DNA of 60,947 nucleotides. Source: Ignavibacteriota bacterium. Its GTDB lineage: Bacteria; Bacteroidota; Ignavibacteria; UBA10030; UBA6906. How positions within the stretch are numbered: position 1 is the stretch's first letter; each line of letters begins with the position of its first letter. Positions 18,602 to 29,339 of this stretch are shown here, in pieces. Position numbers and translations under genes: made by a program. The stretch is taken from NCBI GenBank assembly GCA_016218065.1, contig JACRFA010000033.1:1-60947 (forward strand), given 5' to 3'. The notes beneath the pieces are model-generated. The model saw only the letters and a list, made by a program, of their open reading frames with translations. It did not search any database and was not told the DNA's origin.

Positions 18602-19534
18602 TCAGAGTGAGCGCCTCATGAGCGCGTGAACTCGGCGTGCAAGCTCATGCATCCGGGGACGAACCTGTTCTTCCGCGACAGGTATGAAGCAGGCGATAAC
18701 GTATCGCACACGGCCATCATCAACAATTCCAACGTCGTTCGTCCAGTACGAGAACCATCCGGTCTTGTGATAGAACATTGCGTCCCCGGGAAGTCCCGCC
18801 GAGAGTTTTGTCGTATCAAGCTGACGCCCTAGCAGCGACTTCATTTGCATACTCACCCACGGATTGACGAGTTGGTTGGCGTACACGCGGTACATGAAAT
18901 CCGCTGCATGCAAAGCGCATGTCTCGGTGCCGCGGACGGAGACGTACGCCGAGTCCTCGTATTTCCGTTTGAGAAACTTCCGCGTCACTTCACTCCCAAT
19001 CCAGTTGTACTCTTTCATCAGGGCGTTGATATTCTCGCGTCGCGCAAGATCGATCAAACAATTTGCTGCTGAGTTATCGCTTCGCGTGATCATCAGATCG
19101 AGAAGATACCCAACGGTCACCGTGTCGCCATCATGCAGCAGCGGGCGAGGATCCCAGTCGAGTTCCCGCGATCTATCGACGTCATTGGGTGATCTCACAA
19201 CGAAGGCACTCGTCAAACCGTACTTTCCCTCCGAAACCTGATGAAGAACTTCTGCAGCGACGTACATCTTGTACACGGAGGCCGGATAGATGAAGTTGGT
19301 TGGATTGACGCCGCCCAATTTTGGCTCAGTACTATTGAGGTCGATGACCGCGAGAGAAATCTGTTCAATACCATCTTCACCGACATCAAAGTCCTTGTCA
19401 AGCGCCAGGTCGGCGACCATCTCATGCAACGCTGCACTGAGCGTGCTATCGACGCGATAATACGACGGAATCGATTGACCGAGCGCGACACAGGGCAGAA
19501 GAACAAGAGCAGGGAGAAGATAGTTGAACGTCAT
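18602..19534 (-). CDS. class A beta-lactamase-related serine hydrolase (secreted)
   Basis: Signal peptide, then SxxK (ASVYK), SDN (TRSDNSAAN) and KTG (HKTGW) motifs in the canonical order. Confidence 0.75.
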   Translation of the reverse strand: MTFNYLLPALVLLPCVALGQSIPSYYRVDSTLSAALHEMVADLALDKDFDVGEDGIEQISLAVIDLNSTEPKLGGVNPTNFIYPASVYKMYVAAEVLHQVSEGKYGLTSAFVVRSPNDVDRSRELDWDPRPLLHDGDTVTVGYLLDLMITRSDNSAANCLIDLARRENINALMKEYNWIGSEVTRKFLKRKYEDSAYVSVRGTETCALHAADFMYRVYANQLVNPWVSMQMKSLLGRQLDTTKLSAGLPGDAMFYHKTGWFSYWTNDVGIVDDGRVRYVIACFIPVAEEQVRPRMHELARRVHALMRRSL

Positions 19535-19566
19535 TGGTAGATTCTCATGAAAGAGGGTTGGTAAAT

Positions 19567-20139
19567 TTAGTAATGCTTCGCGATGCCGCCGAAACCAAAC
19601 TGCTTGTTCTTCTCGCTCATCTTGACAAGATAGCGCAGTCGCTTCTTGAACTCTGCCGGTCGTTTGCGTGCGCCATCAACGAAGCCGATACGGATGCGCT
19701 TGTACGCAGCCGAGAATGCACGAAAATTTCTCCACGCAACCGGATTCTTCTTCATTTCATCGACAATATCCGACGGAGCCCTCAACGTACCCAGTGCGCC
19801 CTCAGGGAGTGTCGCGAGCACTTCGCGCCTAACCTTTTTCGCGGCTATGAGCTTCCGGAGACGTTCTTTGTTTGGCTGTGAGTAGGGGCGCTTGGGTCTT
19901 CGCGGAGAGAATCTCTGTGCGAATCGATCTTTGTCGAGACTCTTCGCTTTGCTGTCAATCCAACCAAAGCAGAGCGCTTCCTCGACCGCATCGTTGTATG
20001 AGATGCGCGGCCTTCCCGTGTGTTGTTTGTAGAAGATCAGCCAGACTTCTTTCTCGGACTTGAAGTGTTTGCTCAGCCAGGAGCGCCATGCCTTTCGTGT
20101 GGTGAGATGAACGGAATTTGCTCTCGTGATCGGCTCCAT
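19567..20139 (-). CDS. YdeI/OmpD-associated family protein
   Basis: WR.WL..H....EVWLIFYK......ISY..AVEEALCFGWIDS is the characteristic YdeI/OmdA N-terminal pattern. Confidence 0.65.
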   Translation of the reverse strand: MEPITRANSVHLTTRKAWRSWLSKHFKSEKEVWLIFYKQHTGRPRISYNDAVEEALCFGWIDSKAKSLDKDRFAQRFSPRRPKRPYSQPNKERLRKLIAAKKVRREVLATLPEGALGTLRAPSDIVDEMKKNPVAWRNFRAFSAAYKRIRIGFVDGARKRPAEFKKRLRYLVKMSEKNKQFGFGGIAKHY

Positions 20140-20142
20140 TGT

Positions 20143-20961
20143 TCATCCTCTGTTTCTTCTTGCTTCATACAACATCACGGCGCTTGCGCTCGCCACATTG
20201 AGCGAGTCGGTTGACTTGTGCATCGGAATACTGATTCGGTCGGTAGCCACTTTTTCCACGTCAGCCGACGTGCCGGCGTCTTCGTTGCCGAGCACGACGC
20301 AAATGTTGCCGCCAAAATCTGCCTCGTGAATCGTCTGTGTTGCATGTGCATCAGCGATGATGATGCGCGTGCCGTGATTGCGCTTCAACTCATCGAGAGC
20401 CGCCGCGAGATCTTCAACGTGGAGAACGGAAATTTTGAACACGCCGCCCATTGAGTTGCGCACTGCGCGCCGCAAGTACGGACTCGCCGATGTTGGTCCA
20501 ACAAGGATGCCATCGACTCCGAATCCGGCAGAATTGCGAACAACAACACCAACGTTTTCGGCATGAACCAATCCGTCGAGCGCCACAAGGAAATGGGGAT
20601 TCGGAAGACTTCCCGCTACATCTGCTAGCGATCGTTCAGACGGAACTTTGCCAACCGCCATGATGCCCTGATGCAGAGGAAACCCGACGATGGTCTCAAG
20701 CAATTTTTTGTCGCCGACAAAAATGTCCGTGCTTTCGAGTCTTCGCTGATCAGTGTCGGGCAGCAGCGCATCGAACCACTCTTGCGTGAGAAGCAGCGAG
20801 ACAAGTCCCCACTTTGACGCGAGAAAACGCCGAACGACTTTTTCGCCTTCAGCGACAAAAATTCCTTGCTGCAAATGTGCGAGCGGTCTGCGCAATGTAC
20901 GGTAGGGAAGAAGTTCCGGCAAGTCGAGCGTTTGAATTTTGTGAATTGCGTACGAAGGCAT
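20143..20961 (-). CDS. TrmH/SpoU-family RNA 2'-O-methyltransferase
   Basis: SpoU methylase blocks (LDGLVHAENVGVVVRNSAGFGVD, VLGNEDAGTS, IPMH...DSLNVASASAVMLYE). Confidence 0.8.
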   Translation of the reverse strand: MPSYAIHKIQTLDLPELLPYRTLRRPLAHLQQGIFVAEGEKVVRRFLASKWGLVSLLLTQEWFDALLPDTDQRRLESTDIFVGDKKLLETIVGFPLHQGIMAVGKVPSERSLADVAGSLPNPHFLVALDGLVHAENVGVVVRNSAGFGVDGILVGPTSASPYLRRAVRNSMGGVFKISVLHVEDLAAALDELKRNHGTRIIIADAHATQTIHEADFGGNICVVLGNEDAGTSADVEKVATDRISIPMHKSTDSLNVASASAVMLYEARRNRG

Positions 20962-20962
20962 G

Positions 20963-22030
20963 TTACACTATTTGTTTGATGCGGTACGGTTGGCGAAGGT
21001 AGGAAAAGAAAATCGTATGCAGCCCAAGGAACGCTACAATCGGAACTACCTCATAGAAAGCTCTTAGCTCGGGGATCACACCGAAAAAGAAAACCAACGC
21101 TCCGAACACCGCGACGAGTATCAGACTGCGGCGAAGCAGTTCGGGTTTGGTGTGAAAATCGTGAAAGAGCAGCGCCGCTGTAATGCCGACGATGAGAACT
21201 GAACTCCAATCATATCCCAGCAGTAAGATGTGGATGTTGCCAAACACGTGAAACTCCATTGCACTTCCGGGATTCGCACGGAAAGCGTAGCTGATAGCCG
21301 TCTTGATGATCAGATACGCTGCCATCTGCAATCCGAGATGAAGCGCCAGTTTGCCGCGGGCTTCCGTCTTGCCACAAACGATGACATAGGCCAACGTGAG
21401 AATGATGATCGTTTCTTTGTTTATGCACCCGATGATGAAGATCGGATAGTAGATCGTCCAACGGCGTTTGAGGAGGAGGAGAAATCCGAGTGTGAAGAAA
21501 AGCAGAGCGGGAAAGTCATAGATGTAATGCGGCCCGGACGAAAACAAAGTGGGCAGCAGCAGCAATGTCAGAATAGGGACCATTGCTTTGACGCTATCCG
21601 CGGTTTCATACAAATGATCCCACAGCCCTCGCACGACAAACGGAAACGCGGTCAATGCAAGGAACGCAAACGTCAACGCGATCATGTACTCGGCGAGGAA
21701 TTCGTTTTCCCAGCCAAGGCGGGCTAATTCTTTTCCCACTTTCGGATAAGCAAGGAGATTCTCTTCCAGTGAACTCCATGTGTTCTCGGGAATGATGGAG
21801 TACACACTTCTCGTCAGGATAGGAATCAAAGCCCGTTGTACATAGGGCTTATGCGCGGCGCCGTAGATCAGGTCGGAGAGTTTGGAGTGCGGATCGCCGT
21901 TGAAGGATGTTATCGGAGTTTCAGCGGTCCACACCCACACAGCGAAGACGAATGCCGCAACGAAAACGTACAAGATGCGAACGAATGTACGGTTCAGCAG
22001 GAGTTCAGGGAAGCGAATCATCACAAGCAA
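20963..22030 (-). CDS. polytopic membrane protein, function unknown
   Basis: 355 aa with at least 8 hydrophobic helices. It is separated by 1 nt from the downstream TrmH-family gene. I recognised no family motif. Confidence 0.5.
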   Translation of the reverse strand: MLVMIRFPELLLNRTFVRILYVFVAAFVFAVWVWTAETPITSFNGDPHSKLSDLIYGAAHKPYVQRALIPILTRSVYSIIPENTWSSLEENLLAYPKVGKELARLGWENEFLAEYMIALTFAFLALTAFPFVVRGLWDHLYETADSVKAMVPILTLLLLPTLFSSGPHYIYDFPALLFFTLGFLLLLKRRWTIYYPIFIIGCINKETIIILTLAYVIVCGKTEARGKLALHLGLQMAAYLIIKTAISYAFRANPGSAMEFHVFGNIHILLLGYDWSSVLIVGITAALLFHDFHTKPELLRRSLILVAVFGALVFFFGVIPELRAFYEVVPIVAFLGLHTIFFSYLRQPYRIKQIV

Positions 22031-22126
22031 AGAATTGACAGACTGAAGAGCTAATTGAATATACCCTTTAGCTCTTCAATCGTCAATGACCAGAAGTGGG
22101 GGAAGTATGATCTGCAGCTGAGTGGA

Positions 22127-23494
22127 TCAGTTCCACCGCAGCTGGTATTGCTGAATCTTCGTGTACAACGTCTTGAGGCTTATGCCCAGAATCTTTGCCG
22201 ACTCTGTCTTGTTGCCTCTGAAGCTTCGCAGCACGCCTTCGATGTGCAAGCGCTCGATATCTTTGAGCGGCATCGCGGTGCCCAGCTTGCTCTCGTGTCC
22301 GTTTGAGTTTGGCAACACCATCGGCGAATTCGGCAGCGAGAGGTCTCGCGGCTCAATGACATTGTTCTGACAGAGAATGGCCGCTCGCTCGATGACGTTC
22401 TCCAGCTCGCGAATATTGCCGGGCCACTCGTAGGCGAGAAGTACCTCCATCGCCTTCGCCGAAATCGATTTTGGCGTCTTCGTCTTCATGCGTGTCGTGA
22501 GGAACGACTGCACGAGCAGCGGGATGTCTTCGCGCCGCTGGCGCAACGACGGCAGCTCGATGGTGATGACGTTCAACCGGTAAAGAAGATCTTCGCGGAA
22601 TCTTCCTTCACGAACTTCATCCTTCAAATTCTTGTTCGTCGCTGAAAGAATTCTGCAATCGGCCTTCAGCACCTGATTGCCTCCCACTCGTCGGAACTCG
22701 CCGCTCTGAATGAAGCGCAAGATTTTCGGCTGCACGGTGGGGCTGATGTCTCCGATTTCATCGAGGAAGAGCGTACCCTTGTCGGCAATCTCGACGATGC
22801 CCGGTTTGGTGACGCGTGCATCGGTGAATGCGCCTTTCTCATGCCCGAACAACTCGCTTTCGATCAGCGTGTCGGGAATGGACGCGCAGTTCACCGTCAC
22901 AAACGGCAGTGAGGCTCGTTCGCTTCTCTGATAGATAAAGTTGGCGACGAGTTCCTTCCCCGTTCCGCTCGGTCCCTGAACGAGAACCGTCGATTCAGTC
23001 GGAGCAACTTTCGCTGCAATCTCCAGCGTTCGGCGCAGCGCAGTACTGTCGCCAATGATTTCGCCGTTGCCGTGCAGTCGCTCGAGTTCATTCTTCATCA
23101 CGGCATTATTACGCAACAGTTGCTGTCGTTCCAACGCGCGCTCAATCGTCGTGAGCAGATCGTCGGACGTTGTTGGCTTCAAAATATGATCGTATGCGCC
23201 GGTCTTCATACACTCCACCGCAATCTTCACGTCGGCAGTGCCCGTTAGCATGACAACCTCAGTGGTGGGATAATTGGATTTGATGAATTTTAGGACTTCG
23301 ATGCCGTCGACCTTGGGCATCTTGACATCGCAGAGCACGACGTCAAAAAGCCTCGTCTGAATTGCATTGATGGCGGCGACACCATCCTGCGCAGTTTCTA
23401 CTTGATAGCCGGCTCCGGATATCAAGCTCGACAACATGTATCGAAATGTCTCCTCGTCATCAACGACAAGGATTGAAAAGTCTCTTCGTGCCAT
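22127..23494 (-). CDS. sigma-54-dependent response regulator (NtrC/Fis family)
   Basis: REC domain (ILVVDDEE..LCDVKMP), AAA+ domain with Walker A GPSGTGKE and the GAFTGA variant EKGAFTDA, and a C-terminal Fis-type HTH (AKILGISLKTLYTKI). Confidence 0.88.
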   Translation of the reverse strand: MARRDFSILVVDDEETFRYMLSSLISGAGYQVETAQDGVAAINAIQTRLFDVVLCDVKMPKVDGIEVLKFIKSNYPTTEVVMLTGTADVKIAVECMKTGAYDHILKPTTSDDLLTTIERALERQQLLRNNAVMKNELERLHGNGEIIGDSTALRRTLEIAAKVAPTESTVLVQGPSGTGKELVANFIYQRSERASLPFVTVNCASIPDTLIESELFGHEKGAFTDARVTKPGIVEIADKGTLFLDEIGDISPTVQPKILRFIQSGEFRRVGGNQVLKADCRILSATNKNLKDEVREGRFREDLLYRLNVITIELPSLRQRREDIPLLVQSFLTTRMKTKTPKSISAKAMEVLLAYEWPGNIRELENVIERAAILCQNNVIEPRDLSLPNSPMVLPNSNGHESKLGTAMPLKDIERLHIEGVLRSFRGNKTESAKILGISLKTLYTKIQQYQLRWN

Positions 23495-23830
23495 TTCCTT
23501 CCCTCTGTGAGCTATGTTTACTGACCGCTACCCACGCTATGCCTTATCTCCCGCACATAATACCTACGTTGAACTCGTTTGTACAACCTACTCTCTAGTT
23601 CTGTAAGTATTATCGGCAACCGATGAGTACAACTTTAGTAGTTTTTACAAAGATATGGCGAAAAAGTCAAACGACAAAACTATAAAGAACGTTTAACTTT
23701 CCTTCAAAGTGAAATGGACTTAATGAACTTTACTCCATGCAGTGCACGCGACGGAGTTATTGAATATCACCAATATTTATCTATCTTTATCAGACGAACA
23801 GACCCACTTTATCTACGATTTGGAACATTC

Positions 23831-25927
23831 ATGTCTTCATCACCGACTCTCGCTTCACCGTCCATTGGAATAGAACAGCTTTCGACCATCAACAAACTCG
23901 ATCGTCATCCCAGCCAGTCAACGACCGACGAACTTTGTATCAACACGATTCGGTGTCTTTCGATTGATGCGATTCAAAAAGCAAAATCCGGTCACCCGGG
24001 CTTGCCGATGGGAATGGCGCCTGCGGCATACACACTCTGGACAAAGTATCTCAAGCACAATCCGAAAAATCCGAAGTGGGCGAATCGTGATCGCTTCGTC
24101 CTTTCGGCTGGCCACGGCTGTATGCTGCTGTACTCTCTGCTGTATTTGACGGGATACGATCTTCCGTTTGAGGAGATCGAGAAGTTCCGTCAGTGGGGAA
24201 GCAAAACACCCGGTCATCCTGAGTACGGCCATACGCCCGGAGTGGAAGTGACCACCGGACCTTTGGGGCAGGGCATCTCGAATGCAGTCGGCATTGCGTT
24301 GGCGGAGAAATATCTCGCGGCGTATTTCAATCGCGAGAATCTTCCGGTCATTGATTTCACAACGTATGTGATTGCTGGTGATGGATGTATGATGGAGGGA
24401 GTTTCTTCCGAAGCCTCGTCGCTTGCAGGAACACTCGGCCTCGACAAGCTTATCGTCATTTATGACGACAACCATATCTCCATTGATGGGCGCACCGATC
24501 TTTCGTTTACAGAAGATGTGGCGAAACGATATGAAGCATACGGCTGGTTCGTGCAGAGTGTCGTTGGCGACGGGACAGGCAATGACATCGCTGCATTCGA
24601 AAAGGCGCTCGTCGCGGCGCAGAACGAGAACTCCAGGCCGTCGCTCATCAAGTTGCGGACGAAGATCGGCTACGGAAGTCCCAACAAGATCGATACGTCG
24701 GATGCGCACGGCTCGCCGCTTGGCGATGATGAAATCAAGCTTACCAAGAAACAGCTCGGCTGGGATGCCGACAGGAAGCTTTTTGTCCCTGATGAGTCAT
24801 TGAAGATTTTCCGCAAGGCGATTTCCGAAGGCGCTGCGCATGAGGAAAAGTGGCGGGCGTTGTTTAGTGAGTATGAAACCAAGTACCCTGAGCTTGCCAA
24901 GGAATTCTGCCGCGCAACCGAACGGAAGCTTCCGGAGAATTGGCAGACAATCTGGAACGAGAATGTTCCCAAGTTCGATCCCGCAACGTCGCTCGCGACT
25001 CGTGAGGCGCAAGGCAAAGTGCTTGACGCAATCATGCCGAAGCTTCCACTCGTGCTCGGCGGCTCGGCCGATCTGACTCCTTCGAACAATACCAGGTTCA
25101 AGGGATCATCGGATTTCAGCAAGGCAAATCGCCTTGGACGTTATCTCCGATTTGGCGTTCGTGAGCACGCAATGGGCTCGATTATGAACGGCATTGCGGT
25201 GACCGACATGCTCATTCCGTATGGTGCAACGTTCTTCGCGTTCACTGATTACATGCGACCGGCGATTCGCCTCGCTGCTCTCTCAAAGTATCCGACGATC
25301 TTTGTGTTCACGCATGAAAGCATCGGCCTCGGTGAAGACGGACCGACACATCAGGCTGTGGAACATTTTGCCGCGTTGCGCGCAATACCGGGGCTGATCA
25401 CTCTTCGTCCGGCTGATGCGAACGAAACGGCGTACGCGTGGAAGTTCGCGCTCGAACATCGCGATGGCCCAACAGTGATTGCGACGACGCGCCAGAAGCT
25501 CCCGATTCTCGACCAATCGAAATTTGCTTCAGCGGAAAACGTCTCGAAAGGCGCTTACGTTCTGACAGGCGACGCGAGTCCGCAGTTGTTGCTGATGGGA
25601 ACCGGATCGGAAGTTCAACTCGCACTCAAGGCGCACGAGCAACTGCAGTCGGAGGGCATTCGCTCACGCGTAATCAGCATGCCATCGTGGGAGTTGTTTG
25701 AGAAGCAATCTGCAGAGTACAAGGCAAGCGTTTTGCCGCTGACTGTCACGGCGAGAGTCGCGGTCGAAGCGGGAGTGAAGTTGGGCTGGGAACGCTACAT
25801 CGGGTGCGACGGTGAATTTGTGGGGATGACAACGTTTGGCATGTCCGCTCCGGTCGATGTGGTCTTCAAAGGTTTCGGCATCACCTCAGACGCGGTCGTC
25901 GCGGCCGCGAGGAAGGTGCTGGGATGA
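23831..25927 (+). CDS. tkt: transketolase
   Basis: Motifs [25 protein letters not shown] and EDGPTHQ. I chose the ATG at 23831; the 39-codon upstream extension in the ORF track is not conserved-looking. Confidence 0.9.
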   Translation: MSSSPTLASPSIGIEQLSTINKLDRHPSQSTTDELCINTIRCLSIDAIQKAKSGHPGLPMGMAPAAYTLWTKYLKHNPKNPKWANRDRFVLSAGHGCMLLYSLLYLTGYDLPFEEIEKFRQWGSKTPGHPEYGHTPGVEVTTGPLGQGISNAVGIALAEKYLAAYFNRENLPVIDFTTYVIAGDGCMMEGVSSEASSLAGTLGLDKLIVIYDDNHISIDGRTDLSFTEDVAKRYEAYGWFVQSVVGDGTGNDIAAFEKALVAAQNENSRPSLIKLRTKIGYGSPNKIDTSDAHGSPLGDDEIKLTKKQLGWDADRKLFVPDESLKIFRKAISEGAAHEEKWRALFSEYETKYPELAKEFCRATERKLPENWQTIWNENVPKFDPATSLATREAQGKVLDAIMPKLPLVLGGSADLTPSNNTRFKGSSDFSKANRLGRYLRFGVREHAMGSIMNGIAVTDMLIPYGATFFAFTDYMRPAIRLAALSKYPTIFVFTHESIGLGEDGPTHQAVEHFAALRAIPGLITLRPADANETAYAWKFALEHRDGPTVIATTRQKLPILDQSKFASAENVSKGAYVLTGDASPQLLLMGTGSEVQLALKAHEQLQSEGIRSRVISMPSWELFEKQSAEYKASVLPLTVTARVAVEAGVKLGWERYIGCDGEFVGMTTFGMSAPVDVVFKGFGITSDAVVAAARKVLG

Positions 25928-26373
25928 AAATCGCAGTTGCAGGCGATCACGCCGGCTTTACTCTGAAACAATGTCTTGTTGCCGAGTTGAAGAAATCCGG
26001 ACATCAGATCGTCGATCTCGGGGCGTTCGACGAAACGCCTTCCGACTATCCTGATTTTGCGCGCAAAATCGGGCGGGCAATCATTTCGAAAGACGCAGAT
26101 CGCGGCATCCTCGTTTGCGGAAGCGGCGTCGGAGCGAGCATCGCGGCGAACAAGATGAAAGGCATTCGCGCAGGTTTGGCCCATGATACCTACTCGGCCC
26201 ATCAGGGAGTTGAGCATGACGACATGAATGTGCTCTGCCTCGGATCGCGGGTTATCGGAGTTGCGCCGGCTCTGGAAATTGCGAAAGCGTTTCTTGCGGC
26301 GCGCTTCACGAACGAAGAACGGCACGTCCGGCGTGTCAAGAAAGTTTTGGAGATTGAAAGCAAACAGGAGTAA
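25924..26373 (+). CDS. rpiB: ribose-5-phosphate isomerase B
   Basis: [11 protein letters not shown]..., [13 protein letters not shown] and ARFT..ERH blocks. 149 aa. Its start overlaps the tkt stop (ATGA). Confidence 0.9.
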   Translation: MKIAVAGDHAGFTLKQCLVAELKKSGHQIVDLGAFDETPSDYPDFARKIGRAIISKDADRGILVCGSGVGASIAANKMKGIRAGLAHDTYSAHQGVEHDDMNVLCLGSRVIGVAPALEIAKAFLAARFTNEERHVRRVKKVLEIESKQE

Positions 26374-26416
26374 TACTGACTTTGAAATCGACAGGAGAGA
26401 GCAAGGAGAAAGTGAA

Positions 26417-27532
26417 ATGACCAACATTCAGAAATTGGAACAACTCGGACAGAGTATTTGGTATGATAACATCAGCCGTTCGATGATTACGAAGGGCGAG
26501 TTACAGCAGCGCGTTGATGAAGGCCTCCTGGGCGTTACGTCGAATCCCACGATCTTCGACAAGGCCATCTCCGGCAGCGCCGACTATGACGATCAGATTC
26601 GAAGTCTCGTCGAATCGAAACCCGACATTGATGTCGCGGAAATCATCCAGTCCCTGATGGTGAAAGATATTCAGATGGCGTGCGACGTGTTGAGGCCGGT
26701 GTACGACAGAACCGGAAGCCGTGACGGATATGTGAGCGTCGAAGTCACGCCGAGCAAAGCACGCAACACGCAAGCAACAATCGAAGAAGTCAGATTGCTT
26801 TGGAAACTCATCGACAGAAGAAATCTGATGGTAAAAATTCCGGCCACGAAGGAAGGTCTGCCGGCAATCGAACAGGCAATCAGTGAAGGCATGAACATCA
26901 ATGTCACGCTGATCTTTTCCGTTGACCGCTACAAAGAAGTTGCGCAAGCATACATTAGCGGGTTGGTGCGAAGAGCCGGAAGTGGCTTGCCTGTTGATCA
27001 TGTTGCCTCAGTGGCGAGCGTGTTTGTCAGCCGCATCGACACGTTGGTGGACGACCTGCTTGCAAAGAAGAATGATCCGCGCCTCAAATCTCTCATGGGG
27101 AAAGCGGCGGTGGCAAACACAAAGTTCGTGTACAAAGCGTTCACGGAAATCTTCGTCGGGCCGCGCTGGGATGCATTGAAGGCGAAGGGCGCGACGGCGC
27201 AGCGGCCGCTTTGGGGAAGCACTGGCACGAAGAATCCGGCGTACAGTGATTTGCTGTATGTCGATACGCTGATTGGGGCGCACACGGTCAATACCGTTCC
27301 GCCGCAAACCTACTCGGCAATTCTCGATCACAGTAAGCCTGCGCTCACAGTCGAGACGGATCTTCGCGAGGCGCAGAAGATCCTTGACGACGTGGCCGCG
27401 GCGGGGGTTGACATGCGTTGGGTTCTTCAGAAGCTTGAAGAAGACGGCGTAGCAGCCTTTGAAAGATCCTTCGACGGATTGTACAAGAACCTTCTCGACA
27501 AACGCAACGCGTTCGCTGCTGTTGCGGTGTGA
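26417..27532 (+). CDS. tal: transaldolase (long type)
   Basis: GQSIWYDNISR, GVTSNPTIF and KIPAT (catalytic Lys) blocks, with the ATG at 26417 preceded by a GGAGA-type SD. Confidence 0.88.
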   Translation: MTNIQKLEQLGQSIWYDNISRSMITKGELQQRVDEGLLGVTSNPTIFDKAISGSADYDDQIRSLVESKPDIDVAEIIQSLMVKDIQMACDVLRPVYDRTGSRDGYVSVEVTPSKARNTQATIEEVRLLWKLIDRRNLMVKIPATKEGLPAIEQAISEGMNINVTLIFSVDRYKEVAQAYISGLVRRAGSGLPVDHVASVASVFVSRIDTLVDDLLAKKNDPRLKSLMGKAAVANTKFVYKAFTEIFVGPRWDALKAKGATAQRPLWGSTGTKNPAYSDLLYVDTLIGAHTVNTVPPQTYSAILDHSKPALTVETDLREAQKILDDVAAAGVDMRWVLQKLEEDGVAAFERSFDGLYKNLLDKRNAFAAVAV

Positions 27533-27552
27533 CGCGCATACGGCAATCTGAA

Positions 27553-28875
27553 ATGAAACTACGCCATTTCCTCGCGATTGGTTTTCTGATGGAGATGGCG
27601 TATTTCAGTTTCTACTGGATTGATCCATCCGCCAACAGAGTTCTTCTGTTCATCGCTGTACACGTTCTTGCCTACGCACTTCTTGCGCTGCTCATCTGGA
27701 GGGTCGGGGTCCTCCACGCATCAGCCGATAGTGGCGCGCTCCCGAGCGCGCCGTCAACGCGTACCTGGGTTCTCGGCTTCGCCATTCTGTTTCGCCTCAC
27801 GTTGATCTTTCATCCGCCGGTTGGTTCGGATGACATCTATCGCTACGTTTGGGATGGGAAAGTTGCGGCTCACGGCATCAATCCGTACAGGTACGCGCCG
27901 AGTGACTCAGCGCTGACATCGCTTCACTCCGAGCATCTCCCATCGCGCGTCAACCATCCGACCATGCATACGATCTACCCGCCGCTTGCACAAGGATTCT
28001 TCTTGGTCTCCTATAAAATATTCGGCGAGTCGCTCACCGGCATGAAGTTCCTTCTCGTGTTGGCAGATATTGTGTCGATACTGTTGCTCATGCGAATCGC
28101 CATGTTCCTCACGACGCAACAATCACATCGTCCCGGCCACGAGTTGATCGCGATTCTTTACGCCTGGTCACCATTGCCGATTCTGTACTTCGGACTTGAC
28201 GGACATATTGATGCGCTGGGAATTCCGTTCTTTTTGCTCGCGATCTACTTTGTTCTGAGAAGCAGGCGACTTGCGAGCGCAGTAACGCTTGGCATTTCTG
28301 CTCTCACCAAAGTGTACCCGCTGATTGTCGCTCCGTTCTTTTTCAACTTTAGAAAGAATTGGAAAACGATCTTCCTTGTCCTCGTCGCGCCCGCGATTCT
28401 TCTGTTGGGGTATGTTCCTTTCTGGGATTCAGGCCGCGAAGCGTTTACTTCCTTTCGCGTTTTCAGTTCTGAGTTTGCCTTCAATGGCTCTTTGTTCAAG
28501 CTCTTCTATCTTCTGACCGGCTCCAACGCGCAAGCACATCTTATCAGCTCAATTGCATTCTGTTGTTGGCTCGGAGTTGTGTTCTCACTTGATCGACCAT
28601 TCATTGAGCGATGTTTTCTCGCGTTTGTCGGCTTCTTCGTCGTCTCGCCGCTTGTGCATCCCTGGTATCTCACGTGGCTCGCCGTATTGCTTCCGCTTCG
28701 ATGGTCAACCTCCGTCTTTGTTTTTCTGGGACTTTCTGTGCTGAGCAATGTCACCGTCTATCAGTACAGACTCGGCGGCATCTGGCAAGATAACATCTGG
28801 GTACTGAAGCTTGAGTACATTCCATTCTATTTGCTTCTTGTCCGGGAAGCCTTCTTTCACCGACATAAGTTGTAA
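27553..28875 (+). CDS. polytopic membrane glycosyltransferase, GT87/DUF2029-like
   Basis: SDDIYRYVWDGKVAAHGINPYRY loop motif, many TM helices, and coupling to the end of tal. The start is uncertain (GTG 27529 or ATG 27553). Confidence 0.6.
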   Translation: MKLRHFLAIGFLMEMAYFSFYWIDPSANRVLLFIAVHVLAYALLALLIWRVGVLHASADSGALPSAPSTRTWVLGFAILFRLTLIFHPPVGSDDIYRYVWDGKVAAHGINPYRYAPSDSALTSLHSEHLPSRVNHPTMHTIYPPLAQGFFLVSYKIFGESLTGMKFLLVLADIVSILLLMRIAMFLTTQQSHRPGHELIAILYAWSPLPILYFGLDGHIDALGIPFFLLAIYFVLRSRRLASAVTLGISALTKVYPLIVAPFFFNFRKNWKTIFLVLVAPAILLLGYVPFWDSGREAFTSFRVFSSEFAFNGSLFKLFYLLTGSNAQAHLISSIAFCCWLGVVFSLDRPFIERCFLAFVGFFVVSPLVHPWYLTWLAVLLPLRWSTSVFVFLGLSVLSNVTVYQYRLGGIWQDNIWVLKLEYIPFYLLLVREAFFHRHKL

Positions 28876-28920
28876 AACAGATTGACACTAAACGATTTCG
28901 TGTCGATCTGTGAAATCTGT

Positions 28921-29270
28921 GGAGCGCACATCATATCGAGATTCCCGAAAACGCCGAGAAAACATGTCGATAGTTTTTGATCGTCATTCTTTGGTATCTC
29001 ACCCTTTCAGGGTTCCCTCGCTCTCGCTCGTTGTTTGACGTCGGGCCGTTGCCCCGACCTGCAGTATTTGACCCTTTCAGGGTCAGCCATTGTCCCCAAC
29101 GGGGACATATACTACAGCCGAGGGCAACGCCCTCGGAATGAAAACAACACAAGGAGCAAACCCTGAAAGGGTGACATCCGATTGTCCCAGCTCGAATAGC
29201 GACGCCTCTTGGCGTGGTCAATGAACTCAGAATGACAATGGTCGGACGATTCCCGATTGGAATCTCTACC
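28921..29270. repeat. composite palindromic element / hairpin array (same family as 11391 and 38456)
   Basis: It begins ggagcgcacatcat..gagattcccgaaaacgcc and ends cagaatgacaatggtcggacgattcccgattggaatctctac. Its interior is a string of perfect short hairpins: accctttcagggt, gaccctttcagggtc, tgtccccaacggggaca, ccgagggcaacgccctcgg, accctgaaagggt. Confidence 0.75.
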
Positions 29271-29339
29271 ACATCGTCTCTTTTCCTTTCACCGCGAAGT
29301 CTTTATCTTGTCCGAAACACAATTGCCTATCTCGCCGAA

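Noticed and set aside
22045-22077. A 10-bp-stem hairpin (gaagagctaa / ttagctcttc) downstream of the sigma-54 regulator gene, considered as a terminator.
   Set aside because: There is no U-tract on the relevant (minus) strand after the stem and the loop is 13 nt. It may still be a structural element, but I would not annotate it as a terminator.
23714-23830. N-terminal extensions offered by the ORF track for tkt. The same applies to tal (26228-26416), the NTF2-like gene (37428-37562), HAD2 (7907-8107), the UT-M23 gene (53024-53188) and the DUF1624 gene (50323-50736).
   Set aside because: The extensions overlap upstream genes or repeats and precede internal ATGs where family-conserved N-termini or signal peptides begin.
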